64,000 nucleotides of DNA from Acidobacteriota bacterium (GTDB lineage Bacteria > Acidobacteriota > Thermoanaerobaculia > UBA5066 > Gp7-AA6), in assembly GCA_039931865.1 (NCBI GenBank), contig JBDTRB010000002.1, positions 5,589-69,588 on the forward strand. The letters are read 5' to 3'. Shown here piece after piece: positions 35,231-45,381 of the stretch (its first letter is position 1; the number at the start of each line of letters is the position of its first letter). The notes under the pieces are model-generated. The model saw only the letters and a program-made list of their open reading frames with translations. It searched no databases and had not been told where the DNA came from. The position numbers were made by a program, and so were the translations under genes.

Positions 35231-35998
35231 GTGCCCGGGTGCGCTTCCATCCTGACAACCGCGCCCGTTCGATCCGGGTGGGCACCGCCGGCCATCGAGC
35301 CGGCGCAACTCCGCGCGGCGCGCGTCCTCGGATTCCTCTACGTGCTTCAGATGGCGGTCGCCGTCTTCGGACAGTCTTTCGTCCGGCAGCGGCTGATCGT
35401 CGCCGACCCGGTACAGACGGCGCAGAACATCGTCGGATCCGAGCGCCTGTTCCGGCTGTCAATTGCCGGAGATCTGTTCGTTTACGCCGGGGTGATTGTC
35501 CTGGCGTGGGCCTTCTATGTCGTGGTCCGACCCGTCGACCGGAATCTGGCGCTCCTCGCGGTGCTCTTCCGGCTCGCGGAAACCGCCGTGCTCTCGGTGG
35601 CCACCATCCAATCCCTGGTGGCGCTCCGGCTTCTGAGCGGGGCCGGCGAGTTGAGCAGCTTTTCCCACGCCCAGCTGCAATCTCTGGTCAAGCTGGCACT
35701 CCACACCCAGGGACTCGGGATGTCCGTCGGTTTCATCCTTCTGGGGCTCGGTTCGACGGTGTTCGCGTGGCTTCTCTGGAAGTCGCGCTACGTCCCTCGA
35801 GTCATTGCCGGATGGGGGATCTTCTCGTCGCTTCTGCTGGCGGCCATCACGATGGCGGCGCTGGTGTTTCCCGGACTCGGAACCGCTCTGGGAATGACGT
35901 ACATGGCCCCGATGGGCCTCTACGAAGTGGGCCTCGGTGTCTGGCTGCTCGTCAAGGGGATCGAAGTGCCTCTCACCGATTCCGCCGCGCCGAACTGA
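35231..35998 (+). CDS. DUF4386 domain membrane protein (paralogue of 28663)
   Basis: GTG start with GGGAG upstream. RVLGFLYVLQMAVAVFGQSFV...LIVADPVQTAQNIVGSERLFRLSIAGDL. Confidence 0.75.
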   Translation: MPGCASILTTAPVRSGWAPPAIEPAQLRAARVLGFLYVLQMAVAVFGQSFVRQRLIVADPVQTAQNIVGSERLFRLSIAGDLFVYAGVIVLAWAFYVVVRPVDRNLALLAVLFRLAETAVLSVATIQSLVALRLLSGAGELSSFSHAQLQSLVKLALHTQGLGMSVGFILLGLGSTVFAWLLWKSRYVPRVIAGWGIFSSLLLAAITMAALVFPGLGTALGMTYMAPMGLYEVGLGVWLLVKGIEVPLTDSAAPN

Positions 35999-36109
35999 TC
36001 CCGTATTCGATCGGATCCACGGGCTCGAGCTCGACCTGACGCTTATCCGCAAACGGGAACTGCGGGAACGCGGGCCTGAGGGCCGCGTGCCGATCCGGGC
36101 GATCGGAGG

Positions 36110-36652
36110 TCAGGTCCTGGGATCGCGCTCTGTGGATCCTCCGCCCCTCGGTGGCGGCCCGAAGCGCCGCACCGCGAGAGCGATCGGCAGGCCCACGCAG
36201 ACAATGTGCACGAAGAGAGGCAGCGGCCACAGGGCGGGCAACGGCCGCTTGACGACATTCGGGAGGTAGAGCGTGCGCAGCGCCGCGGCGAGAGGGACGA
36301 CGCCGCGGTACATGACGAGCAGCCAGACGACCCCCCAGGCGATCCCGGCCGGCACCGCCCATTCGACCATCGCCGGAATCCCGCGGCTCAGCCAGTAGAA
36401 GATCGCCGTGGCGGTGAACGCGACGCCGAAGTGTATGAAGAGACCGAGCGCGGCGGTGACAAACCCGCCTTCGAAAGACGCGGGCCCTAAAAGAGCGCTG
36501 GCGATCCCCTGCAGCATGCGCACCGGAGAGCCGCCGTTCGCGAGCGAGATGAGGACCGCGGAGCTGATGTCGAGGACGCCGCAGATCAGGCCGCCCCCAA
36601 GGATTGCTCTCCCCGCGGTTCGTGGGCGATCCGCTGTTGTGGTCCCGTTCAT
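36110..36652 (-). CDS. Hypothetical polytopic membrane protein
   Basis: Four to five hydrophobic helices with balanced composition (ILGGGLICGVLDISSAVLISL.. FIHFGVAFTATAIFYWL). Confidence 0.6.
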   Translation of the reverse strand: MNGTTTADRPRTAGRAILGGGLICGVLDISSAVLISLANGGSPVRMLQGIASALLGPASFEGGFVTAALGLFIHFGVAFTATAIFYWLSRGIPAMVEWAVPAGIAWGVVWLLVMYRGVVPLAAALRTLYLPNVVKRPLPALWPLPLFVHIVCVGLPIALAVRRFGPPPRGGGSTERDPRT

Positions 36653-36876
36653 GTCAACCAGCCTGCAGGGCGAGCGCGCCGGGAGCAGAAGGAACCTGGC
36701 AATCGCCCCGGCCGGGAAAAACGGGGGAGCCTATTTTCATGTGTCGCCTCCGAGGACCGACAGTTTTCGTTCGGGGATCGGTGAAATCTATCTCCCGCCT
36801 TCCGCGAGCAAGCATCATGTGACAATTGCCGAAACCTTTATCCGTTTCCGTCCCGCGTGCTTGCAGGGAGTAGCCC

Positions 36877-37395
36877 ATGTTCGAACGGGTCGCACCAAGC
36901 GACGAACAGAGGGATGCTGACGCGCGTGAGGGGCGCTCTCCCGATCAGGTCGCCGCGTTACGCCTCGCGGCGCTCCTGGTCCTCGTCGACGTCCTCCTGT
37001 CGCTCGCGGTGGCGATTGCATTCGGCAATCTCGCCGGAGCGCCCATTCTCTGGATGGGGGTCCGGCTGGCCATGGCGTATTACCTGTTCAAGCTGCGTCC
37101 CCGGGCCGAGGCCCTCGCGCTCGGCCTCACGATTCTGGCGGGCGCGGGAGCGGTCGCCGGCGTGGTGGCGGGCCAGGTGACCGGCGGGTTCAATATTTTC
37201 GGTTACCTCTTCGCGATTCCCGCGCTCGGCGGCGCAGCCGCGCTCCTGCTTCTCTTGCTCGGTGATCCTCGACGCGAAAAGCGCCAGGCGGCCTTGTGGC
37301 TCTTCGGAATACTCGTGTGCCTTCCCGAGCTGCTCCTGCTGGTACTCGAGGTCACCGGATCTCTGCACCGCGTGGGTGCTCCGGCAGGAGCCTGA
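36877..37395 (+). CDS. Hypothetical membrane protein
   Basis: A charged N-terminus is followed by four hydrophobic helices. I recognise no family. Confidence 0.5.
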   Translation: MFERVAPSDEQRDADAREGRSPDQVAALRLAALLVLVDVLLSLAVAIAFGNLAGAPILWMGVRLAMAYYLFKLRPRAEALALGLTILAGAGAVAGVVAGQVTGGFNIFGYLFAIPALGGAAALLLLLLGDPRREKRQAALWLFGILVCLPELLLLVLEVTGSLHRVGAPAGA

Positions 37396-37439
37396 CCCGG
37401 CAATCGCCTCCCGGGGTCCTCGGTTCTAAGGCGTCGCTT

Positions 37440-37479
37440 CCTGAAAGCCTGAAAGCCTGAAAGCCTGAAAGCCTGAACC
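37440..37479. repeat. 8-bp tandem repeat (CCTGAAAG) x4 plus a degenerate fifth unit, intergenic
   Basis: Read directly: cctgaaag cctgaaag cctgaaag cctgaaag cctgaacc. It lies between the 36877 ORF and the SDR pseudogene. Confidence 0.85.
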
Positions 37480-37486
37480 CTGAGGC

Positions 37487-38310
37487 CTACCACGTCCAGT
37501 GTACGTCGAGCGGAGTCGAGATGCGCCTCGTTCGAAGCGAGGAAACGGCGACCGGCGCGATGTCCTGCGGCTGGAGCCAGGGGATCTTCATCGGGTCCTT
37601 CTTCGCCATTTCGCGAGCCACTTCCTCTTCGGAAGGGGGTCTCCTGGGGGGCGCCGTGTGCTGGACCTCGGCGATCGCCGCTTTCCAGCGAGTCGGGTTG
37701 CGAGTCAGCGCCGTGTCGGTCAATCCGGGCTCGATGCAGTTGACCGTGATCTTGTGCTCGCCCATCTCGAGCGCCGCTCATTTCATGAGACCGATGACGC
37801 CCCACTTCGAGGTGCTGTAGCTCGAGGCGTTCTTCACTCCGTGCCGGCCCTGCCCCGACGCAATGAGGATGATGCGGCCGCTCTTGCGCGGCACCATCAG
37901 CGGCGCAAAAGCGCGGATCGTGCTCGCTTAGCCGTTCAGGTTGACGTCGATGACGTCCTTCCACTGGCGGTCATCCATGCTCAGAAGTGGGCGCATACGC
38001 CTGGATGGCCGCGTTCGCGACGACGATGTCGATCATGCCCAGGTCCCGGTTTGCCTGCTGGCCGGCATTGCGGAGAGCTCCGATGTCGCCTCGTCGGTGA
38101 CAACGGGAACGAAGCGGCGGCCGTACTGCTTCACGAGCCGTGCGGCCTCATCCATACCGTTCAGGCGGAACGAGCGGAACAGCCCGCCTTGGATCTCGCC
38201 AAACGTTGTAGCGTCCAACTCCCCGGTGAGGACGGAGGCATCGACACGGGAGTAACCATCCGCGTCAGCGCGTCCGCCGTTGAGGACGGGGGATACAGAT
38301 GGTAGTTTCC
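37487..38310 (-). pseudogene. Short-chain dehydrogenase/reductase pseudogene (two in-frame stops, at least one frameshift, degraded N-terminus)
   Basis: One frame reads ..MDDRQWKDVIDVNLNG*ASTIRAFAPLMVPRKSGRIILIASGQGRHGVKNASSYSTSKWGVIGLMK*AALEMGEHKITVNCIEPG.. (YxxxK present). TAA at 37928..37930 and TGA at 37778..37780. Confidence 0.75.
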
Positions 38311-38350
38311 GGCGGCGTCGCGCCTCAAACTCGGCTCAGGAGCTTTAGAA

Positions 38351-39214
38351 ATGAAACATCTGATTCTTGGCGGAACGGGAACCGTGGGAGGCCTCGTCGT
38401 GCGAGGTCTTCTCGAAAAGGGTGAAAGCGTCCGCGTGCTGACGCGCAGCGCGGACCGGGCGAAGGACCTGCCGAAGGGAGCCGAGGCGGTTCTCGGCGAC
38501 CTGACGGATCCGGCGACTTACGAGAAGGTCTTCACGGATTACGACAACCTGTTTCTGCTGACCGCCAACGGGCCGACGGACCTCATGGAGGGCCTGGTGG
38601 CGGTCAACGAGGCGAAGCGGACGAAAGCGAAGCGGGTCGTGCATCTCTCGATCCATGACGTCGAGAAGTGTCCCGAAGCGCCGCACTTCGCGAGCAAGAT
38701 TGCGATCGAGAACGCGTTGAAGGAGAGCGGCCTGAAGTACACGATCCTCCGGCCGAACAACTTCTACCAGAACGACTACTGGTTCAAGGACGTCATTCTC
38801 CAGTACGGCGTTTATCCGCAACCCATCGGCGACCTCGGTCTGTCGCGCGTGGACTCCCGCGACATCGGCGAGGCCGGCGTCCGGGCCCTGACGCAGGACG
38901 GCCATCTGGGAAAGACGTATGCCCTGGTCGGACCGTACGCGGTGACAGGATCCAGTTGCGCCGCGGAGTTCGCGAAAGCCCTGGGCAAACCCGTCTCCTA
39001 CGGGGGCAACGATCTCGTGGCCTGGGCGAAGAGCATGGCGCCCTACATGCCCGCCTGGGCGGTTTACGACTACGCGCTCATGTACGCGGCGTTCCAGGCC
39101 AGAGGTCTCGTGGCGACACCGGCGCAGCTCGACGAGACCCGGGCGATCCTGGGCCGCGAGCCGCGGAAGTTCTCGGACTTCGTGTCGGAGACGGTCGCCG
39201 CCTGGAAAGGCTGA
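38351..39214 (+). CDS. NmrA-family NAD(P)-binding protein
   Basis: MKHLILGGTGTVGGLVVRGLLEKGESVRVLTRS is a Rossmann GxxGxxG. The C-terminal half is NmrA-like. Confidence 0.9.
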   Translation: MKHLILGGTGTVGGLVVRGLLEKGESVRVLTRSADRAKDLPKGAEAVLGDLTDPATYEKVFTDYDNLFLLTANGPTDLMEGLVAVNEAKRTKAKRVVHLSIHDVEKCPEAPHFASKIAIENALKESGLKYTILRPNNFYQNDYWFKDVILQYGVYPQPIGDLGLSRVDSRDIGEAGVRALTQDGHLGKTYALVGPYAVTGSSCAAEFAKALGKPVSYGGNDLVAWAKSMAPYMPAWAVYDYALMYAAFQARGLVATPAQLDETRAILGREPRKFSDFVSETVAAWKG

Positions 39215-39485
39215 GGCCCATCGAGCAGCTCACTCTCGGATGGATGACCTGGATGGAAGGATCCGGCGGACCCTCCCTCTCGTCGCGGACGTGTTCCTCG
39301 ACATCACTGCACATCGGAATGAAGACGAGGGTCGCGCAACGAATTGAGGTGAAGTTCGTCAGATGGCGATCACGCAAGGAAGTCGCGAAGCGGACTCCTC
39401 CGGTGGACAAACGAGGCGAAACGAGGGTGGGGAAGAAACGAAGCGACGGGGGGCTGCGCGGGTGCGGAGCCCCCCGTCCGTGCGA

Positions 39486-41440
39486 CTAGGGTGTGCAGAC
39501 GCCGATCTGGGGAACGAGTGACGTGAACGGAGTCCCGGTGATTCCGGTGATCGTGATGTCGTCGATGTCCCAGCCGGGAGCTCCGGTCGATTCATCGGCG
39601 CCGATTCGGAAGCGGATCCGCACGTCCTGTCCGTTGTAAGCCGTGCCGAGGTCGAGCGTGGCCGTCGAAAAGTTCGGCCAGCCCGCGATGCGATTCACGA
39701 AGGCGGGTCGGCTCGCGCCGATCGGAGCGCTTGTCACGGCGTTCGTCGAGCCGTTATAGAAGGCCGGGGAGGTTCCGACGGCCGTCCATGCGCCGCCATT
39801 GACGCTGATCTCGACGACGCCGCCGTCCCAGCCACCCGCCTCGAACGAGAACCGGTGCTTGAAGGAGATCCCGAGAGAGGTGCTTCCGACGCGCATCGTG
39901 GGCGAGGTGAGCGACTGCTGATCGGGAAGGTCCCCCTTCACGTCGTCTCTTTGACCGTTGTTGTTCGGGCCCCAGAAGACGTGCTGGACGGGTGAGAGAG
40001 CCCGGCGCTGCCACCGGGTGATGTTCGGATCTTCAGAGGGGTCCCCGGAGGCAGTCCAGACCGGACTGGCGGACTCGAATGACTCCGTCGCCGAGGACTG
40101 AAGCTGTTCGTTGTAGTTCAGTCGGAACGTGGAGTCGAGGTTGAAAGGCGAGGGGAGCCCGAGCTCCGGAGCCTGGAACGCGATCTTGAACGTGGTCTGC
40201 TCCATCCCCAACGCGCCGTTCAAGGTCACCGGGACGAAGCCCGTGCTGTGGCCCTTTTTCTGGAGCGGCGGGAACTGGATCACGTTGCCCTGCGGGAACG
40301 TAACGTTCGGGTTGCTGGAGGTGACCGTCAGCGTCCCCTGGTTGACGTTGTTCGGCCCCTGATTCACGAGGGTGACTTTCAGACGGCCCGTTTCTCCGTT
40401 GTCGAGGACGCCGTCCAGGTCGCAGGAGGCGACGTCGTCGGACAGCGTGACGCTCCCGAGCTCGATCTGGGAAAGCTCCCAGATGCCGCGGCCGTAAGTC
40501 GCGAGGCGAATGAACCCGCCGTCGGGCGGCATGTAGATGTCATTGACGCGAACGGTCGGCAGCCCGTTGCCGAAGGGGGCCCAGTTCGCCCCGCCATCGG
40601 TCGTGCTGTAAATGCCGACGTGGGTCGCGGCGTAAAGCGTGTTGTGAGTCGAATCCCTCGGGTCGATATACACGCGCGTGACCGGCAGATCGGGAAGTCC
40701 GTTCTGCTTTGCGACGAACGTGGCGGTCGACCAGGAGGCAGTCGGGTTGGCGATGGAGGCTTTGATCACGCGGACGGCACCCGTTGCCTGCGCGACGGAG
40801 GTGATCCAGAGATTCTGGTTGTCCTGCCAGGTCACGTTGGTCGTGAAGCCCTGGTAACCCGGCGCGCTCGCGATCAGGTCAACGTCGGTCCAGGTCGCGC
40901 CGCCGTCGGTCGTGATGTCGAGGAATCCTCCCGCCGCGCCGACCGCGATGCGGTTGAGGTCGGTCGGGCTCACACCCAGGTTGTAAGGGCTGGAACGGAA
41001 CCGGCGCGCGGGCGGGAGCCCGAGCGAGGGGACGCCGACGGCGGAACCGATCAGCAGCCAGTTCAATCCGCCGTTGTTGCTTCTCCACACGCGAGCGTTG
41101 GTGAAATGAAAGAAGACGCGCCCCGTCGCGTCGAGGCGCCGGAGGCGCGGGCACGATACAGGTGAAGAAGCCGAAGCCCACGTCGGAGATTCCCGAGGTC
41201 GCCGCAGCCCAGTTCTGAAACCTGTCCGGCGGATTGTTGCTCAGGTTGGTGCGCATCGAAGAGCCTTGCGCGCTGCCGAGGACCGTATTCGTGTTGTCCT
41301 GGCTGTAGGCTGCCCCCATCCCGTCTCCGCCGATCACCTGGTCGTGGGTGCCGCTGTTGTCGGTGCGCAGCCGCGTCCCGTTGTCCTGCAGTCCGCCGAT
41401 GACGAGATTCGGGAACCCCGACGCATCTGTGCGGGCAGCC
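39486..41440 (-). pseudogene. BNR/Asp-box beta-propeller protein with a C-terminal lectin-like domain; 5'-truncated and frameshifted
   Basis: Asp-box-like motifs RSNNGGLNW, TTDGGATWT and TTDGGANWA. The upstream continuation (..GGLQDNGT..GGDGMGAAYSQDN..) is in another frame (shift near 41150) and has no start or signal peptide. Confidence 0.65.
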
Positions 41441-41523
41441 CGGGTCCCTGCTGATTCGCTAATTCGCTGATTCGAGGCTCGCGAATCCGGGACGCGAAGC
41501 GTGGCCGCTGCTCTCAGCCGACC

Positions 41524-44136
41524 TCAATGCCCGCCGGACTCCGACCAGATCGGTGACGACCAGGCCTGGTGGCCGTCCGCCTGCGTCACACGGACGTAGT
41601 AGCTCGATTCGCCGGCAGGCGGCGCCTTGTCCTCGACCGTGAACGTCACGACACGGGTATCGGCAACGGGCATTCGGCGGCCTCCCTGCGGGTCCGACGG
41701 CTCGTAGATCAGAAAAACGCCCTCCGCCGCGTCGGGCGCCTGCTCGAGCCGCACCGCCGCGAACGTGTCGATCAGGTTGCGGACGATCTCGACCCGGTCG
41801 ATCGCCGCGGTGCCTTCGATCCGGACCGTCATCGGAAGCGGACCGTGCGTGTGAATGCGAGACCCCATCGGCGCGCCCCCGGCCGTGAATTCCAGCACGA
41901 TGCGCGCTCCCGTCGTCGCATAGTTGCGCCGCTTGCGGATAGCGTCGAAGAGGCTCTCGCGATCGAGCCGCTCCGCGAGCACCGCGGTCAGGCCGCCCTC
42001 GCCCGGACTCAGGTGGTGCGTATCGCTCGCGCCCATCACGCCGACGTGTCGCCCGAGACGCAGCGCGTCCTGATACTGATGACCCGGGACCTGCCGCCGC
42101 CCTTCCCGCGGATTGCCGAAGAATTCGTACCGCCCGTGCCAGGACGCGATCTCGAAGTTGGGCTCGAGCGTCTCGTCGAACGCGGCCGCGGGATTCCAGC
42201 GCCCCCACGTCGCATTGCCCGTGTGGTGGGGCGACACGATCCCATCGTGCTCGCGCAAATGCGCGTAGAGCTTCTCGATCGTGTCGCCTTCGGGCTCCGC
42301 GGAGCTCAGGATCGGACCTCCCTCGTCACGCTGCAGCACGACGCGATGCCCGTACGCGGAACCGGCGGTCCACTCCCACCCGGTCAGGCTCACGAAGCGG
42401 CCCGGCTCGTCGAACACGCGCGACGTCAGTTGCAGTTCGGCGTACTCGGTCGCCTGGAGCCGCCCCATCTCGGTGTGATCGCTCACGACGTCGAAGTCGA
42501 GGCCGAGACGGTCGCGGGACAATTCCATGAGCTGATCGGGAAGACCGGTCTTCGCGTCGCTGAGAATGCTGTGGCTGTGCGGGTCGCCGAAATACACGTG
42601 CCAGCGCCCGGTTCCCGCGGTCGCGGTGCGCGGGGGAGGCCCCGGCGTCATCGGCTCGCCGCTGCGCGAGGCCTCATACGACTCGGTCGGCGCCGGCGCC
42701 AGCGGCGCGGGCGTCCACCCGTCGGCGGGCGCCCTGAGCGCGCCGGTCAGGATCACGTTCGGCTGGCCTCGCGTGTCGTACGCGTCGACGTCGCCCGCGA
42801 CTTCCGCCGTCTGCCCCGGGGCCGGGAGCGCTTGCCCCTCCCACGCGATCTGCAGCCTGCCGTCCGGCGCCAACGCCGCCGATGGAAACTCGTCCCGCCC
42901 CGGCGAGAACGTGGTCAGGTGCAGCTCCCGCGACCAGCGGCGGCCGTCGTGAATCCGCGCCCAGAGGTCGAAGTTGTGCGCGCCGGTCGCGTCCGTGCGC
43001 CAGATCACCCACGCGCGATCGCGGTCATCGAGGAAGATCGATGGGTAGTTCGACGTCTGCTTCCAGTGCCAGTACGGATCGACCGCGTCCCTCGGCGTCT
43101 TGTTGACCGCGCCAAAGCTGACCTGGCCCGGGAGCGCTCCTCGCGCGACACCCGGAGGAGCCAGGAATTTCCCGTTTCTCCATGCGCGCACGAAAGCGTC
43201 TCCGGAATGCCGGTCGGCTCGGAAGGCCTCGCCCGCGTGGCCGCGCATCGAGTTCCACGCGATCCAGAGAGTTCCATTCTTCGCGCACGCAATCGACGGT
43301 GAGTCATCGATCGACGCGTCGGAGGTGACGGCGAGTGGGGCTTCGACGGCGGGAGCACGGCCGTTCGCGGCGCGCGCGCGGGCGAGCCAGATGTCGTAGC
43401 TGCCCGCCCGCGTCGAATCCCAGGCGAGAAAGACGCCGCCGTCAGGAGGAGCGGCGAGGGCAGGCCGGCGGTCGCTGCCCGCGCTCGCAATCTCGGAAGG
43501 GGGAGACCAGCCATCGCCGGCGCGAGCGACGAGCTCGATCGCGAAACCGCGGGCGCGCGCAACCTCCCACGCGATCCAGAGCCGCCCCGACGAATCGGCG
43601 GCAGTGGCGGGGTGGAGCGCGTCCACGTCCGGCGCGGAGACGCGCTCCTCCGGCGACCACGCGCCGCGTTCGTGCCGGCGCGAGAAGACCGCCCACCTGC
43701 CGCTGCCGCCGCGCCGCCCGTGCCAGAACGCCCAGAGCGTTCCGTTTCCATCGAGGACGAGCCGCGCGCCGCTCTCGGCGCCGTCACCCGTGGCGAGCGT
43801 CTCCTCCGGCGACCAGCCTCCCGGCGACTCGCGCCGCCGCACGACGACGGAGTCGCGCCCCCGTTCGTTCGACGTGTACGCGATCCAGAGCCTCCCGGCG
43901 CGATCGAACGCTGCCGACGGGTACTTGTCGTAGCGACCCGGCGCGGAGAGCGACTCCACCGCGCGGAGCGGCTCGAACGGGGGAGCTTCGGTCGCCGCTT
44001 TGCCCCTGGGAGAAAAGAGAAGAAAAGACGCGATGGCGGCGAGGGCGAATCCCGGCCCCGAACGTGAAGCCGCGCTCCCGCCGCGCCGCCGCCGTTCTCC
44101 GACCATCCTCGCCTGTCGAGACGCGCTTTCGGGCAC
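41524..44136 (-). CDS. Secreted protein: N-terminal propeller-like repeats (GRLWIAW) fused to a PHP/DUF3604-like metallohydrolase domain
   Basis: Signal/TM FALAAIASFLLF. Repeated G.LW.AW units. The C-terminal half has HVYFGDPHSHS, VVSDHTE, SPHHTG, GASDTHH and RRNYATTGARI. Confidence 0.75.
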   Translation of the reverse strand: MPESASRQARMVGERRRRGGSAASRSGPGFALAAIASFLLFSPRGKAATEAPPFEPLRAVESLSAPGRYDKYPSAAFDRAGRLWIAYTSNERGRDSVVVRRRESPGGWSPEETLATGDGAESGARLVLDGNGTLWAFWHGRRGGSGRWAVFSRRHERGAWSPEERVSAPDVDALHPATAADSSGRLWIAWEVARARGFAIELVARAGDGWSPPSEIASAGSDRRPALAAPPDGGVFLAWDSTRAGSYDIWLARARAANGRAPAVEAPLAVTSDASIDDSPSIACAKNGTLWIAWNSMRGHAGEAFRADRHSGDAFVRAWRNGKFLAPPGVARGALPGQVSFGAVNKTPRDAVDPYWHWKQTSNYPSIFLDDRDRAWVIWRTDATGAHNFDLWARIHDGRRWSRELHLTTFSPGRDEFPSAALAPDGRLQIAWEGQALPAPGQTAEVAGDVDAYDTRGQPNVILTGALRAPADGWTPAPLAPAPTESYEASRSGEPMTPGPPPRTATAGTGRWHVYFGDPHSHSILSDAKTGLPDQLMELSRDRLGLDFDVVSDHTEMGRLQATEYAELQLTSRVFDEPGRFVSLTGWEWTAGSAYGHRVVLQRDEGGPILSSAEPEGDTIEKLYAHLREHDGIVSPHHTGNATWGRWNPAAAFDETLEPNFEIASWHGRYEFFGNPREGRRQVPGHQYQDALRLGRHVGVMGASDTHHLSPGEGGLTAVLAERLDRESLFDAIRKRRNYATTGARIVLEFTAGGAPMGSRIHTHGPLPMTVRIEGTAAIDRVEIVRNLIDTFAAVRLEQAPDAAEGVFLIYEPSDPQGGRRMPVADTRVVTFTVEDKAPPAGESSYYVRVTQADGHQAWSSPIWSESGGH

Positions 44137-44240
44137 GGGAGACTCCTCTCGCTTGTGGAATCCAAGGATGGGAAGCGCCGTAATTTATCGCAGACGCCGC
44201 GCGTCACGTATCATCCGCGGAATCCCGGAGGTGGAGCGCG

Positions 44241-44813
44241 ATGAATTCCAGACTGGCAACAGCATTTTTCGCGGTCGCCCTGGCGACGACTCGAGGGGTG
44301 TCCGCGCAGGCATCCGATCCGGCCCGGATTGCAGCGCAGCGAGAGGGCATGGCCGCGCTCGCGTTCATGGACGGTGTCTGGCGCGGGCCGGCGATGACGA
44401 CGCTTCCGTCGGGAGACAAGCACGCCGTCACGCAGACGGAGCGGATCGGCCCGTTCCTGGATGGATCCGTGAAGGTCCTCGAAGGACGCGGGTATGACGC
44501 GGACGGAAAAGCCACCTTCAACGCTCTCGGGATCATCTCCTTTGATCCCAACACCCGCGGTTATTCCATGCGGTCCTATGCCCTGGGCCGGTCGGGCGAC
44601 TTCACGGTCCGGCGCACCGACGACGGATTCGTCTGGGAAATCCCCGCAGGGCCGACGACGATTCGCTACACCGCAACGGTGAAGGACGGGAAGTGGCGCG
44701 AAGTCGGAGACCGGATCGTGGCTGGCAAAGAGCCCGTCCGGTTTTTCGAGATGAACCTCGTCCGTATTGGCGACAGCGACTGGCCGGGAGCGGGCGCGGT
44801 CCGTCCGAAGTAG
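44241..44813 (+). CDS. Secreted DUF1579 domain protein
   Basis: GGAGG RBS. Signal MNSRLATAFFAVALATTRGVSA. LAFMDGVWRGPA .. blocks are typical of DUF1579. Confidence 0.75.
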   Translation: MNSRLATAFFAVALATTRGVSAQASDPARIAAQREGMAALAFMDGVWRGPAMTTLPSGDKHAVTQTERIGPFLDGSVKVLEGRGYDADGKATFNALGIISFDPNTRGYSMRSYALGRSGDFTVRRTDDGFVWEIPAGPTTIRYTATVKDGKWREVGDRIVAGKEPVRFFEMNLVRIGDSDWPGAGAVRPK

Positions 44814-44884
44814 CGCCGTGGTCCTGTAGAGGCGCCGGGCGGAGACGTTGCCCGAAGGCTGACCTCTGCTCCGCGCGGCACCGG

Positions 44885-45358
44885 CTATGCGTTCTGGTGC
44901 GCTCGCTCGAGCTCCGCGATCTCGATCTTGTTCATCTGCATCATCGCTTTCATGACCGCCTGAGATTTTTTCGGGTCTTTGTCGCTCATCAACTCCATCA
45001 ACGCGCCCGGAACGATCTGCCACGAGAGGCCGTAGCGGTCCTCCAGCCAGCCGCACCGGCCGGGCTTGCCTCCTTCGGAGAGGGCGTCCCAGAACCTGTC
45101 GACCTCCGGCTGGGTCTTGCAGTGGACGACGAACGAAACGGCGGGAGTGAAATGGTGGAGCGGGCCGCCGTTCATCGCGACGAACTCCTCTCCTCGGAGC
45201 TCAAAGCTGACGGTCATCGCGGAGCCTTTCGGACCCGGGCCTCCTTCCCCGTAGCGGCTGACGGAGAGGATCCTGGAGTCTTCGAACACGGACGTATACA
45301 GGTTCGCCGCCTCTTCGGCTCTGTCGTCGAACCACAGGAACGGTGTGATTGTCTTCAT
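44885..45358 (-). CDS. VOC-superfamily protein, PhnB/YjdN-like
   Basis: ITPFLWFDD.AEEAANLYTSVF.DS.I......G......GSAMTVSFEL.G.EF.A.NGGP ... WL.DRYGLSWQIVP. Confidence 0.85.
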   Translation of the reverse strand: MKTITPFLWFDDRAEEAANLYTSVFEDSRILSVSRYGEGGPGPKGSAMTVSFELRGEEFVAMNGGPLHHFTPAVSFVVHCKTQPEVDRFWDALSEGGKPGRCGWLEDRYGLSWQIVPGALMELMSDKDPKKSQAVMKAMMQMNKIEIAELERAHQNA

Positions 45359-45381
45359 GGTCCCGGCTCCTTTCGAGCGGT

